Shown here: in pieces, positions 39,491 through 48,574 of the stretch | Layout: the number at the start of each line of letters is the position of its first letter | Position numbering within the stretch: position 1 is the stretch's first letter | From: a virus | Taxonomy: Duplodnaviria; Caudoviricetes | Virus record (IMG/VR): IMGVR_UViG_3300050505_000109 | Coordinates: 1 to 59,022 of that record | Length of the DNA: 59,022 nucleotides | Reading direction: 5' to 3' (one strand) | Position numbers and translations under genes: made by a program | Notes under the pieces: model-generated | What the model was told of the DNA's origin: nothing | The model's input: only the letters and a program-made list of their open reading frames with translations | Database searches by the model: none

Positions 39491-41323
39491 ATGTTTCAGC
39501 TCCTAGTGAGAGTCGCCGTTGTGATGCTGCTGCCACTTACTTGCGTGAAGGCACAAGTAGTGAGTGGGCCACCGACGGCTGCTTCAATCGTCGGTGTTGT
39601 TGCTCCAGGCAATGGCGGCACCGGCATCAACAACGGCACCTCTACAATCACACTCGGCGGAAACTTTGTCACTGGGGGAGCACTTAACCTTAGCGGCTCA
39701 TCAACAGTCGTATTTGGGAACACCCTCAATAGTACACCAGCTCTGTCATCTAACCAGCTTATTCTGCCGAATGGTGCCTGCGGAGTGCCAACTTATACCT
39801 ATTCATCCGACGCTAATACTGGTTGGTATCTTGATGCAGTCGGGTCGTTAACGGCTTGTACAAGCAGTACTCAGCGCTTACGAGTGAGGCTCGGTGTTCA
39901 GATCGGTGTACCGACTGGTGGTGACCCTGGCGTAGGTAAATTGAATCTTGCCAGTGATCTTCAAGATAACGGCACCGCGCCGACAGGAACAGCTGGCACC
40001 GGCTATGTCCGGGCGACTTCACCCGTCTTAGTAACTCCCAACCTCGGCACACCATCTACTTTAGTCGCGACAAATGCGACTGGAACGGCAGCAGGACTTA
40101 CTGCTGGGAATGTGACGACAAATGCAAATCTGACTGGTCCTATTACATCGAGCGGCAACGCAACAGCGATTGCATCGCAGACAGGCACAGGAACGAAATT
40201 TGTTGTAGATACTTCGCCTACATTTGCTACGTCATTCTCTCTTAACTCTGGCGCTTCAAAGATCGCAGTCGCGAAACAATCAGGCTGGCCGGGAAGTACC
40301 TATAATTGCTTTGCACTTAACAACGATTGCACATTCGCCAACATCATTGGCATCGTAGGTGGTGATGTGTCGGACAACACTCTCTATGTGATGTCTGGCG
40401 CAAATGCAGTAATCGTTTATGGTGGTGGTGCATCGCAAGCCATCTTCAATGGTGGCGTGCAGTTCGGCGCTCCAACAGGTGCTGCGAAAGGCGTAGGAAC
40501 ACTCAACAGCCAAGGTGCAATTTACGACAATGGCACCGCTCCAACTGGAACGGCAGGTAGTGGGTATGTCCGGGCTACTTCGCCGAGCATTGCATCGCCG
40601 ACTATTACCGGCACGGCAGCAGGTGCCGGCACCCTCCCAAACGCAATGCTTGTCACTACGCCAGTTGCTAAAGTTAGCCACCAAACCTTTACGGCTACGG
40701 GTACTTATACGCCAGCTACAGGCATTCTTTATGCTATAGGCGAGTGCGTTGGCGGCGGCGGCGGTGGTGGTGGGTCCGCAGGGTCGGCGACTGGAGGCAG
40801 TGGCGGCGGGGGCGGCGGGGCTGGTTCCTATTCGAAGGTTCGGTTGACCGCTGCGCAAATAGGAGCGAGTCAGGCTATCACCATCCCGACCGCATCGGCC
40901 GGTGCGGCGACAGGGAATAATGCTGGGACCGCTGGAGGAGATGTGAGCCTTGGGACGCTGCTAGTCTGTAAAGGTGGAGCCGCAGGCGGTGGAGCAGCAG
41001 CCAATTCTGCTGGGGCTGGTGGCGCAGGAGGGATTGCTGGAACGGGAGATGTGACAGGAACCGGCCAATCCGGGCGAAGCGGCCTAGGTGCAGCAATTAC
41101 CACTATTACGATCCCGCAGGCGCAAGGCGGGAGCACGCTTTGGGGTGGGGCAACTGTTGCTGGTACAGGTGTCGCAGGAGGAGCGCAGGATGGAAGTGCA
41201 GCTGCGGCTGGGGCGTTCGGCGCAGGGGGCAACGGCGGCATAGTGAGCGGTAGCGCTAGCACTGCTGCTGGAGGTGCTGGCGCAAAGGGCTTCCTCCTTG
41301 TGACGGAGTATTTGAGCCAATAA
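39491..41323 (+). CDS. Tail-fibre-like protein with signal peptide and C-terminal glycine-rich domain
   Basis: AAGGAGG SD; MFQLLVRVAVVMLLPLTCVKA/Q; QTFTATGTYTP...VGGGGGGG Gly-rich domain; internal duplication. Confidence 0.8.
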   Translation: MFQLLVRVAVVMLLPLTCVKAQVVSGPPTAASIVGVVAPGNGGTGINNGTSTITLGGNFVTGGALNLSGSSTVVFGNTLNSTPALSSNQLILPNGACGVPTYTYSSDANTGWYLDAVGSLTACTSSTQRLRVRLGVQIGVPTGGDPGVGKLNLASDLQDNGTAPTGTAGTGYVRATSPVLVTPNLGTPSTLVATNATGTAAGLTAGNVTTNANLTGPITSSGNATAIASQTGTGTKFVVDTSPTFATSFSLNSGASKIAVAKQSGWPGSTYNCFALNNDCTFANIIGIVGGDVSDNTLYVMSGANAVIVYGGGASQAIFNGGVQFGAPTGAAKGVGTLNSQGAIYDNGTAPTGTAGSGYVRATSPSIASPTITGTAAGAGTLPNAMLVTTPVAKVSHQTFTATGTYTPATGILYAIGECVGGGGGGGGSAGSATGGSGGGGGGAGSYSKVRLTAAQIGASQAITIPTASAGAATGNNAGTAGGDVSLGTLLVCKGGAAGGGAAANSAGAGGAGGIAGTGDVTGTGQSGRSGLGAAITTITIPQAQGGSTLWGGATVAGTGVAGGAQDGSAAAAGAFGAGGNGGIVSGSASTAAGGAGAKGFLLVTEYLSQ

Positions 41324-41509
41324 GCCCATAGATTTGTCGTCCTTTGGGCGAACAAGTCTCGACCTGACGACGGCGGAGGAGCATATGACCGCAGGGATTG
41401 GACTAAGGTGGGGTGTCTTAGCTTTCTTAGGGCTGGCGACCTTGCAGGGGTGTTCAGCACCGGCCGACCGTCGAGACTGCCCGCTGATCTTAGTTTGGCA
41501 ATGTGCAAC

Positions 41510-41797
41510 TTAAGCCCGCCGGCGAGCGGGTTCTTCATCGAACTGCGGGCCGAGGGCTTTCAGGCGCTCGACGATCTCTTCCCTCTCGGCTCGAAGAGAT
41601 TGGCTCACAGCGTTGGCGCCAAGGCCGAGCATCCCGGTCTGCCGAGTAAGGTGCTGAAAGGTCTGGTCGATCATCCACAGCCGCACCGCGTCGTCATTGA
41701 CGGTATGAGCCACAGGCAATTGCACTAGTGGCCCAGGCTTTAGGTCAAGGTCGAGGTCGTCATCAGGACGGCTGCTGCTGGCTGGCATTCTTGTCAT
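41510..41797 (-). CDS. hypothetical protein
   Basis: 95 aa; last gene of the leftward arm; ATGA coupling. Confidence 0.6.
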   Translation of the reverse strand: MTRMPASSSRPDDDLDLDLKPGPLVQLPVAHTVNDDAVRLWMIDQTFQHLTRQTGMLGLGANAVSQSLRAEREEIVERLKALGPQFDEEPARRRA

Positions 41798-42027
41798 CCT
41801 TTGGTGGGGAGAGTGGAGGCATCAAGCGGCGCAGCCGCTCCGGGAACAACCGGGCGAGGTCCGACCGCTTCAGAATCAGGGCAATCCGGTCGCTGCTGTT
41901 CATCCTTCTTCATAGCAGACCGACGGCGTACACGCCACCGTCCATTTCCCCATCTTGGATAATACCACTCGTCATTGCTGTTCATATGGGAGCCCTTCAT
42001 TGACGGCTTGTAGACGATCTGCGACAA
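41794..42027 (-). CDS. hypothetical protein (start uncertain)
   Basis: Fills the operon gap. Confidence 0.4.
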   Translation of the reverse strand: MSQIVYKPSMKGSHMNSNDEWYYPRWGNGRWRVRRRSAMKKDEQQRPDCPDSEAVGPRPVVPGAAAPLDASTLPTKG

Positions 42028-42163
42028 TCACGAGGACAGCTTTAGCCTCTTCTGTCGTGATCGGGAAGCCATCAACGGTTGTAGCGAACCTGACCTCTTC
42101 AATAAAGTCAGGGCTCGGCTCTCTCAGCAGAAGCTGGACCCGAGTTTGTTCGTCTATCAGCAT
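41972..42163 (-). CDS. hypothetical protein
   Basis: 63 aa; starts 1 nt after the DUF3987 gene stop. Confidence 0.6.
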   Translation of the reverse strand: MLIDEQTRVQLLLREPSPDFIEEVRFATTVDGFPITTEEAKAVLVIVADRLQAVNEGLPYEQQ

Positions 42164-43420
42164 TCACTCATCTCCTGCCATCATTGGAAGCTTCAGGTAG
42201 ATCACCCGCTGGCGGACTTCTTGTTTGAAGGCGCCCCGCCCGACGGCATTATCAAGCATTCTGGTAGCAGTTGAGCTGTCGACGAAGCGATTCATTCGGG
42301 TGAAGATGTCGAGTCGGGGCAGGGCGAAGCCGGGAGCTGAGCTGAGATCAGACACGACTCGGGCGATCAAGTCTCGCTCCACTCGGGCCAACGGTGAAGG
42401 GGAAAGCCTAAGAGCGAAGATTTGCGGTATCTCAGCTTCCGCTTCTTCGACCCACGCGACTGCGTCGCGGAGATCGACTTCTTCGATCACAAGGCTATCA
42501 CTTCGGGCCACGCTCAAGATCATGGCGAGCTTGTGGACATGAGCTTGCTTCCTAGCGAGGAAGTATCCGATCCAGGGATCGGGCTCTTCTCGGGCGGCAT
42601 GGGCTTCAGTCTGCTGAGAGACCTGTTCATACCAGGAGTCAGCAAAGGTGTCGGCGGCCGGCGAGAAGCTGAATGGCCCACTCAATTCAGCTATTTGCCG
42701 AAGGTCTTCCACAAGCTTGCGGGTGGAGGAATCGAACTCGCCGGCGGCCCAGAGCTTCGATGGCCGAGCGACCCGGCGGGCTTTTTTGTCGGTGTAGACA
42801 AAGATGATCCGAGAGCTAAGGCCCCACCCACCGATCTGCGCCTTGAGCTTATCTCGGACCCAATCCGGCGTCGTCCCAGCGATGAGATTGACGAAGGGGT
42901 GCTCTACTATATCTGTCCCGGAGGTCTTCGTGTCCTTGACCATGATCGGGCGGCAGTCCCACAAGTCAGTGAGACCATTGACCATATCCTCATCCTCGAC
43001 CTTGAAGAAAGTACCTAATTCACTCAGCGCCGCCGTGATCGCACATTGCCTAATCCAGAGGTCGTCCCGGCTGTCCTCCTCGACGGTCTCCTTAAGGTCA
43101 GTCGACCGACGAGCAAGATCCCGGACGAAAGCCGGGTAGGTGGTGTTGTCAGCGGCGAGATAGATATGGTCAAGCTCTCGGAGGAGGTTGATGCCGAGGG
43201 TGATTGCAGTGGACTTGGTGGAAATTCCAGGAGGAGCGACGAAGACGATGTAGAAGTTGGAGTAGAAACGGAAGGTGATCTCGTCGATCCAGACCCGACG
43301 GGTCAGGGCGCCCGCTAAGACTGAGACTGCCGTCCAACGATGTAGACGAGTGGGCGCTTCTGTCCGGCCGTCGAACAGAGCAACGTAGGCTTCGATCCAG
43401 TCAGAATACCACCGAGCCAT
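42164..43420 (-). CDS. DUF3987-family P-loop protein (putative replicative helicase)
   Basis: TEAP..LH.W..VS.LAGAL.RRVW, NFYIVFVAPPG.STKST, SELGTF, LTDLWD, GL.SRIIFV. Confidence 0.78.
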   Translation of the reverse strand: MARWYSDWIEAYVALFDGRTEAPTRLHRWTAVSVLAGALTRRVWIDEITFRFYSNFYIVFVAPPGISTKSTAITLGINLLRELDHIYLAADNTTYPAFVRDLARRSTDLKETVEEDSRDDLWIRQCAITAALSELGTFFKVEDEDMVNGLTDLWDCRPIMVKDTKTSGTDIVEHPFVNLIAGTTPDWVRDKLKAQIGGWGLSSRIIFVYTDKKARRVARPSKLWAAGEFDSSTRKLVEDLRQIAELSGPFSFSPAADTFADSWYEQVSQQTEAHAAREEPDPWIGYFLARKQAHVHKLAMILSVARSDSLVIEEVDLRDAVAWVEEAEAEIPQIFALRLSPSPLARVERDLIARVVSDLSSAPGFALPRLDIFTRMNRFVDSSTATRMLDNAVGRGAFKQEVRQRVIYLKLPMMAGDE

Positions 43421-43545
43421 CAGTAACCCCGGAGCGCTTTCATTGACTTCAGGAGCTTCTCGTCGACTGAAGAAGCCCAAGGCCAATCTCTATATTTACT
43501 CCTGTAGAGGCACGTCGTCTCCGATAGCGACGCATGTAGGCTGCA

Positions 43546-43956
43546 TTAAGAGCGGGGTAGACTGGTGAAGTCCGTCTTCTGTGTTGAGCCTGTGACTCCG
43601 ATGCTCTGACCGTCGGGTCTAGCCGACGCTTTCTCTCCTGCTCTGCGCGATACTTCTGCCATTCGCTCTGCGACTTCTCCGGCGCATCCTGCATATCCAG
43701 CCCCGTCGATGTAGTCATCCAGGTTGTGGGAGCCGCTATAACGGCGGGCGATCTTGAAAGCTTCGAGCATGTTGGCGACATCGAGCGCATCTAGAAACAA
43801 CACTGGAGCTTGATTAAATTTGCGTGCTTTTGCATTCAGGATCGCGTTCCAAATTTCAGCCGTGTTCTGGAAGTTGATCGTCTTGTCGCCATGCGTGACT
43901 TGGCGGTCGCTGCCGACGAGTTCAGAAGCGGTCTTGCAGATGTGGTGTGCGTCCAT
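43546..43956 (-). CDS. DUF6378 protein
   Basis: LV..DR...HGD...NF...A.IW; KIAR; D.YID.AGYA. Confidence 0.8.
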   Translation of the reverse strand: MDAHHICKTASELVGSDRQVTHGDKTINFQNTAEIWNAILNAKARKFNQAPVLFLDALDVANMLEAFKIARRYSGSHNLDDYIDGAGYAGCAGEVAERMAEVSRRAGEKASARPDGQSIGVTGSTQKTDFTSLPRS

Positions 43957-43963
43957 TGATTTG

Positions 43964-45142
43964 TCATCCTGTTTGAAAGACTGTCACGCTCTCACGAGCC
44001 CGAGTGATGGCGGTATAGAGCCACCGTCGGCGAAGGTCTTTGTCCCATTGAGCGAACTGGTCGTCGATCACAACAACATTAGCCCATTCACTGCCCTGCG
44101 CTTTATGAGCTGTTATTGCATAAGCATAGTCGAAGAGAGCTTCCCTACCTCTGTAAACATTATCAGTATGGGTCCTAGTGATGGTCTCAGAGATAAAATA
44201 GCCTTTGCTGATTCTAACTCCAGTTCTAGTCTCACCTTCTATGAGAAGGTCGGCGGTGAAGTAGTCGTCGTCAGGGGCGTTTTCTGTGATGCGCCACAGG
44301 ACGGCAATGTCGCCGTTGATGAGGCCCTGGTCGTAGTTGTTTCGGCAACAGAGGAGGGGCTCGCCGGGGCAGGGCAGAGGGCCGCTGAAGCCGAAGGCTT
44401 CACGCGCCCTGCGCGTGACGGTGCGGCGGGTAGTGTTCTTGCCGCAGATGACCTGGAAGTCGCGATTGAGGATGATGGGCCATGCGTCGGCGTTCAGAGG
44501 GGCGACGCGGGCTTCTGGAGGGCCGCCTGGGGTAAGGCGGCCGGCTCGGCGGGCTTGCCATGCAAGGCGCAGGATTGGGCTCCCAGCGACCGTCCTGTGA
44601 ACCTCTCTGAGGGTGAAGTCGGGCCGCTGTCGGGCGAACGCCCCAGTGCCCTCAATCGGCGGCAGCTGCCCTCCCACATCTCCCAGCACTAGGATCGGCT
44701 TCTCGAAGCTGCGGAGGTCGTCGGCAAGGTCGTCGCTGACCATGCTCACCTCGTCGACAACGATCAAGTCAGCCTTCGTGCAGGGGCTGTTCACGCCATC
44801 TCGGGTCCAGCCGACGAGCCGGCCGTTCTTGTCGGTCTGCGCCCGATAGATTAGGGAGTGCAGTGTAGAGGCTCCCTCCATTCCCTTCGACTGCATAACT
44901 CGGGCAGCTTTAGCGGTGTAGGCTCCATAGACGACATGCTTGGCGCTGACAGCTTCAGCTGCAAGAGCGGCAATAGTGGTCTTGCCGGTCCCGGCGCCGC
45001 CGTCGAGCAGAAATTCCTGTCCATCTACAGCAACCTTTCCAGCTGTAACTGTGATACAATTGGGCGCAAAGTGCTTGAACCACTCCTTGATCGCCTCTAT
45101 CGCCTCAGATTGTTCCTCTGTGGGCTCAATCTTTGGCATCAT
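43964..45142 (-). CDS. SF1B RecD/Dda-like helicase
   Basis: GGAGTGKTT, VVDEVSMV, LGD..QLPP, AYAITAHKAQGSEW, LYTAITRA. Confidence 0.92.
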   Translation of the reverse strand: MMPKIEPTEEQSEAIEAIKEWFKHFAPNCITVTAGKVAVDGQEFLLDGGAGTGKTTIAALAAEAVSAKHVVYGAYTAKAARVMQSKGMEGASTLHSLIYRAQTDKNGRLVGWTRDGVNSPCTKADLIVVDEVSMVSDDLADDLRSFEKPILVLGDVGGQLPPIEGTGAFARQRPDFTLREVHRTVAGSPILRLAWQARRAGRLTPGGPPEARVAPLNADAWPIILNRDFQVICGKNTTRRTVTRRAREAFGFSGPLPCPGEPLLCCRNNYDQGLINGDIAVLWRITENAPDDDYFTADLLIEGETRTGVRISKGYFISETITRTHTDNVYRGREALFDYAYAITAHKAQGSEWANVVVIDDQFAQWDKDLRRRWLYTAITRARESVTVFQTG

Positions 45143-45359
45143 TAACCTCTAACGGCAGGCTGTTTCGGAGAGAGCAGAGAGGACAATGGGCTATGCGTTG
45201 GTTGAGGGCGGCAAGGACGTTCAGGATGCCCTGAAGGATTATCCCTACATATCTATCATGATAACTTGTGACTATTGAAACATCTCGATGGAGTCGTTCA
45301 AGCTTCTCATAAACTTCAAATGAATCCATCAAATCAATTCCTTTTCCTGTGCCAGCCAC
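45126..45359 (-). CDS. hypothetical protein
   Basis: In operon; start probably MDSFEV. Confidence 0.55.
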   Translation of the reverse strand: MAGTGKGIDLMDSFEVYEKLERLHRDVSIVTSYHDRYVGIILQGILNVLAALNQRIAHCPLCSLRNSLPLEVNDAKD

Positions 45360-45511
45360 AGCGGCATCGTCATCGTGGAAGTATATTCATCCCATTCGAC
45401 TTGGCTCTTTGGCAGCCAGACGGTCTTGGCACCGTCGTAGAAGCGATAGGCAGCGGCGGTCTCGAAGGGCGGGACTAGCTCGCCTGTGATATCAGTCAGC
45501 TCACGCGGCAT
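45329..45511 (-). CDS. Small phage protein (VWLPKSQ type)
   Basis: ET.AA..F.DG..VWLPKSQ...MPLWLA.EK.L. Confidence 0.75.
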   Translation of the reverse strand: MPRELTDITGELVPPFETAAAYRFYDGAKTVWLPKSQVEWDEYTSTMTMPLWLAQEKELI

Positions 45512-46259
45512 CTTTCATTTCCTCTCCAGGACTCCATTTCTGCATTTCCCCCCAGCTCGTTCTACTGTATTTGAGGCTCACCGGAATGATGAGCGGGTCT
45601 TTATAAGGTACGACGATCCGCATCTTTTCCATTATGACGGGGAAGATTGCAGGACAGAGATCGGCGGGCACTTGCATAAGGAGGCTGTCGTGAATTTGGA
45701 GGAGGAGCTGGGCTTCTGGAAGCTCTCTGTATATCCGAAGCATGGCCTTGTTGATTGTGATGGCGACGCCGCTCTGCGCGATCCAAGCTAGCGCTTGAGG
45801 CAAGATGTTGTCAAGCCGGTCGAAGTAAAATCGTCGGAAGCCCCACGGATTGTAGACGGTGCGGCTAAGCTGGAGCTGGTGCTTGATTCGGTTGTGCCAG
45901 CGGCCTAGGCCACGGTGGCGGCCGATCCAACGTTCGTCGAGCCATTGCTCCATTCGAGCGACGGTGCAGCCGGCGGTCGAAGCAAGGGTTCGGGCTTTGG
46001 CAGCATAGTCGGCGGCGTGGACGACTGACTTGAGCCGTTGACGTTGGTCAGGCTTGATCTGATCGACTTGATAGAGCCATTTGGCCTCGTCGGTGTAGAT
46101 GTCGAGGCCAGATTGGAATATCTGCTTCAGCTCAGGCTCATCGCTCTCCCAGGCAACGAATTGGGCATCGGCCCGCTCGAAGTCAGCATCTACGAGAACG
46201 AAGTTCTCGTCGGGCCGGTAGAGCCGACGGATAGCGGGGAGTTCAGGGATTGGAGGCAT
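45501..46259 (-). CDS. polA: Family A DNA polymerase, C-terminal palm/fingers half (split gene)
   Basis: Motif A DADFERAD, motif B RQRLKSVVHAADY, motif C QIHDS; own GGAGG SD. Confidence 0.9.
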   Translation of the reverse strand: MPPIPELPAIRRLYRPDENFVLVDADFERADAQFVAWESDEPELKQIFQSGLDIYTDEAKWLYQVDQIKPDQRQRLKSVVHAADYAAKARTLASTAGCTVARMEQWLDERWIGRHRGLGRWHNRIKHQLQLSRTVYNPWGFRRFYFDRLDNILPQALAWIAQSGVAITINKAMLRIYRELPEAQLLLQIHDSLLMQVPADLCPAIFPVIMEKMRIVVPYKDPLIIPVSLKYSRTSWGEMQKWSPGEEMKDAA

Positions 46260-46708
46260 CAGCTTCCTCCATGCCTCTTCGCATGTCTCATGACTGTATA
46301 ACTCACAGCATGGTCGAGGGCACTGACGGATTGGCCAAGGATGTCATGCTTGTCGGCGCCCTGGAGTGTCATGACGGCGAGACGTTCGCCGGCGCACTGT
46401 AGGAGGTCGACCAGCTCTTCGTGCGCTTCTCGGCCGGAGAGCTGAAGCAGCTCGTTGATGGAGCAGTGGAGGCAATCCTTCCGTTCATGTGGGTCGGAGG
46501 GATCAGGGACGGCTGGGCTGGCTTCAGAGCCCGTCGGTCTCGCTTCGCTCGACTCCAGCTCAGCTTCAGTCTGGGTCCCTGGGAATGTTTTGCATGGAGC
46601 GGCCTTCAGCAAAGGCGGTTGAATTCGAGTTGAATCGGAAGGTCTCAATTCCGGCCACCCCAAAAGCATACCGCATCCGGCCGTCGCGAGAGAGAAGAGA
46701 GTCAACAT
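46259..46708 (-). CDS. Hypothetical CLHC-motif protein between the PolA halves (start uncertain)
   Basis: DCLHCSINELLQ helical domain; stop overlaps the PolA-C ATG; the only SD-linked ATG (GAGGAG, 46708) lies inside PolA-N. Confidence 0.5.
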   Translation of the reverse strand: MLTLFSLATAGCGMLLGWPELRPSDSTRIQPPLLKAAPCKTFPGTQTEAELESSEARPTGSEASPAVPDPSDPHERKDCLHCSINELLQLSGREAHEELVDLLQCAGERLAVMTLQGADKHDILGQSVSALDHAVSYTVMRHAKRHGGS

Positions 46709-48368
46709 AGTTCTCCTCAAAGGTGTCAATAGAGCGGAGAGCCTGGATGCGCTCTATCAGAGGGCGGAGGACAGGCTTCCTCTTCAGAAGCGTGTCAAGA
46801 GCTTTATCGTCCAGAGTTGGTGAGTGGCTCTTCCGGTGAAGGACCGGCGGGAGCTGGAAGTCTTTGTAGAAAAGGTCTCGCATTTGAGGGAAGGACTTCA
46901 CATTCAAGTCATGCCCGACGGCGGTGTTGATCCAGGCTTGCAGATGCTTAGCATCTGCTCGAAGCTGCTTAGCAAATTCAGCCCGTAGGGCTGTGTCATG
47001 GTTCACACCTCGAAACATCATGCTGAAGACCGGCTCGAACAGCTCCATCTCGAAGAGATATTGGTCCCAGAGCTTCTGGCTCTTCAGAATAATGTCAAGC
47101 TCGTCGCTGACTTCGTAAGTGCGAACACAATCCTCCATATTGTAGGAAAAATAAGTTGCTTCGTCGTTGATTGAAGAGTCCCAACCTTTGCCGTCGTCCT
47201 TCCAATAGCGGTGGTAGAGGCAATACATGCTGGAGCAGAAGGCTAGACTCAGAGAGGAGCCCTTCTTGCTGGCGTGGCCGGTCACTGGATCAAGTTTGCC
47301 GCCGAGCATTCCAGGGAAAGCGACATGCTGCTTGACTATAGTGTCATGCTCGAATCTTGGCAGGAAGCCCCAGTTCTTCGCTATAATTTGGCAATCATGT
47401 AACCCATTATGAAAGATAATGGGGCGCTCAGTAAGAGCACGGCGGCAAAAAGCCAAAACTGCTGTTTCGTCATCCGCAGATTTCCAATAATGTGGATTGT
47501 CTCCGGTTCTCCGAACAAATGGGATACACATCGCTTGATGATGCGAGGCTGCAAACCCAAGGCAGATAACTCGACCGTTGTGGACTCGATCGGTTTCATA
47601 GAAGTTCTCCACATCTGCGACTAAAGAACGATTCGATGGGCTCACTTCGTTCGCCTGCTGCCAGACATGATCTTCAAGCCATGTTTCGACTTGTTTCACT
47701 GTCGTTGGGATGGTGAAGTTCCATGCTGGGCGCCTGATCTCGGGGTAGGCACTCTCTCGCTTCGCCCGGCGGAGGTCTTGGATGACGATGGCCCGGAAGA
47801 CGTATTCTCGGAGGACGGCAGCGGGGTGGAGGGTAGGGATGAGCTTGATGTTGTGGCCGTCGACTGGCCCGCCGCTGGCGGGTAGGATTGAGCCCCGCCA
47901 CTTCAGTATGCCAGTGAGGCCGGTCAGAGCCCAGAGGGCGGTGTTGCCTAGAGCAATGATGAGGGTGGGCTGGAGGCGGTCGATGTCATGTTGAAGCTGA
48001 ACTAACCCCTGCACCACTGGAGGGCGAGGATAGCGCCCGCCGAGAGAGACAGGACTATCAACGCCAAGATTAGCCATTCCAGCAGCGGTGAGTAGTTGGT
48101 CAGCTGGAGTGCCATCGAGAACAGGGGCCTTCTTAGCCATAGACTTCTTTGCAAAGAAAGCATCAATTTCATTCCCTGGCGGACGTTGATGCACTACGTT
48201 GGTCAAGAATAGGTCGGCCCGGTTCCAGCCGGCAGCTTGAAGCTCGCTGTCCAGTTCATGCCCAGACATACCGACGAAAGGCTTTCCGATGCGATCTTCA
48301 TCAGCGCCGGGGGCCTCGCCTATAAGCATGACTCGGGCTGAAGGAGAGCCGGACTGAATCAGTCTCAC
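46566..48368 (-). CDS. polA: UDG-family domain fused to 3'-5' exonuclease and N-terminal half of PolA
   Basis: UDG motifs IGEAPG.DE...G.PFVG.SG and HPAA.LR; ExoI DVE, ExoII HNGLHD, ExoIII YNMED; thumb; ends T.RF.S...MQNIPRDPD*. Confidence 0.9.
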   Translation of the reverse strand: MRLIQSGSPSARVMLIGEAPGADEDRIGKPFVGMSGHELDSELQAAGWNRADLFLTNVVHQRPPGNEIDAFFAKKSMAKKAPVLDGTPADQLLTAAGMANLGVDSPVSLGGRYPRPPVVQGLVQLQHDIDRLQPTLIIALGNTALWALTGLTGILKWRGSILPASGGPVDGHNIKLIPTLHPAAVLREYVFRAIVIQDLRRAKRESAYPEIRRPAWNFTIPTTVKQVETWLEDHVWQQANEVSPSNRSLVADVENFYETDRVHNGRVICLGFAASHHQAMCIPFVRRTGDNPHYWKSADDETAVLAFCRRALTERPIIFHNGLHDCQIIAKNWGFLPRFEHDTIVKQHVAFPGMLGGKLDPVTGHASKKGSSLSLAFCSSMYCLYHRYWKDDGKGWDSSINDEATYFSYNMEDCVRTYEVSDELDIILKSQKLWDQYLFEMELFEPVFSMMFRGVNHDTALRAEFAKQLRADAKHLQAWINTAVGHDLNVKSFPQMRDLFYKDFQLPPVLHRKSHSPTLDDKALDTLLKRKPVLRPLIERIQALRSIDTFEENYVDSLLSRDGRMRYAFGVAGIETFRFNSNSTAFAEGRSMQNIPRDPD

Positions 48369-48574
48369 CTAAGCGCTCCAATTCCCGAATGATTGTGGGT
48401 CAAATTCACAGGTGCAATGCTGCATCTCTTCGTCACCTTCCTCTATTGGTAGGCCGTCCCAATCCATACAGTAATGGGCTAGTCGGCCTTTCAGCACGCG
48501 GCCAACGGTAGCGCATACAAACTACCGACCAAGGGGCGCCCCAAAGGGATGCCGTTGATGTCTGCCCCTGTCAC
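48369..48574 (-). pseudogene. Degenerate small Cys-containing gene
   Basis: Frame GRVLKGRLAHYCMDWDGLPIEE...CTC looks coding but is out of frame with the coupled GTG at 48574. Confidence 0.35.

Noticed and set aside
33565-41323. Diversity-generating retroelement or invertible fibre cassette
   Set aside because: No reverse transcriptase, no TR/VR pair and no invertase or flanking inverted sites seen
43449-43790. Arg-rich ORF overlapping the DUF6378 and DUF3987 genes
   Set aside because: Heavy overlap and no clear SD; not supportable, though a short version cannot be excluded
46260-46565. Group I intron or intein in polA
   Set aside because: I saw no intron core or intein motifs; the gap reads as protein-coding and the C-half has its own SD and ATG. 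Not formally excluded without an Infernal search
46673-46708. Lipobox-like MLTLFSLATAGC at the start of the inter-polA ORF
   Set aside because: No basic n-region, very short h-region, and the sequence is constrained by the overlapping polA codons
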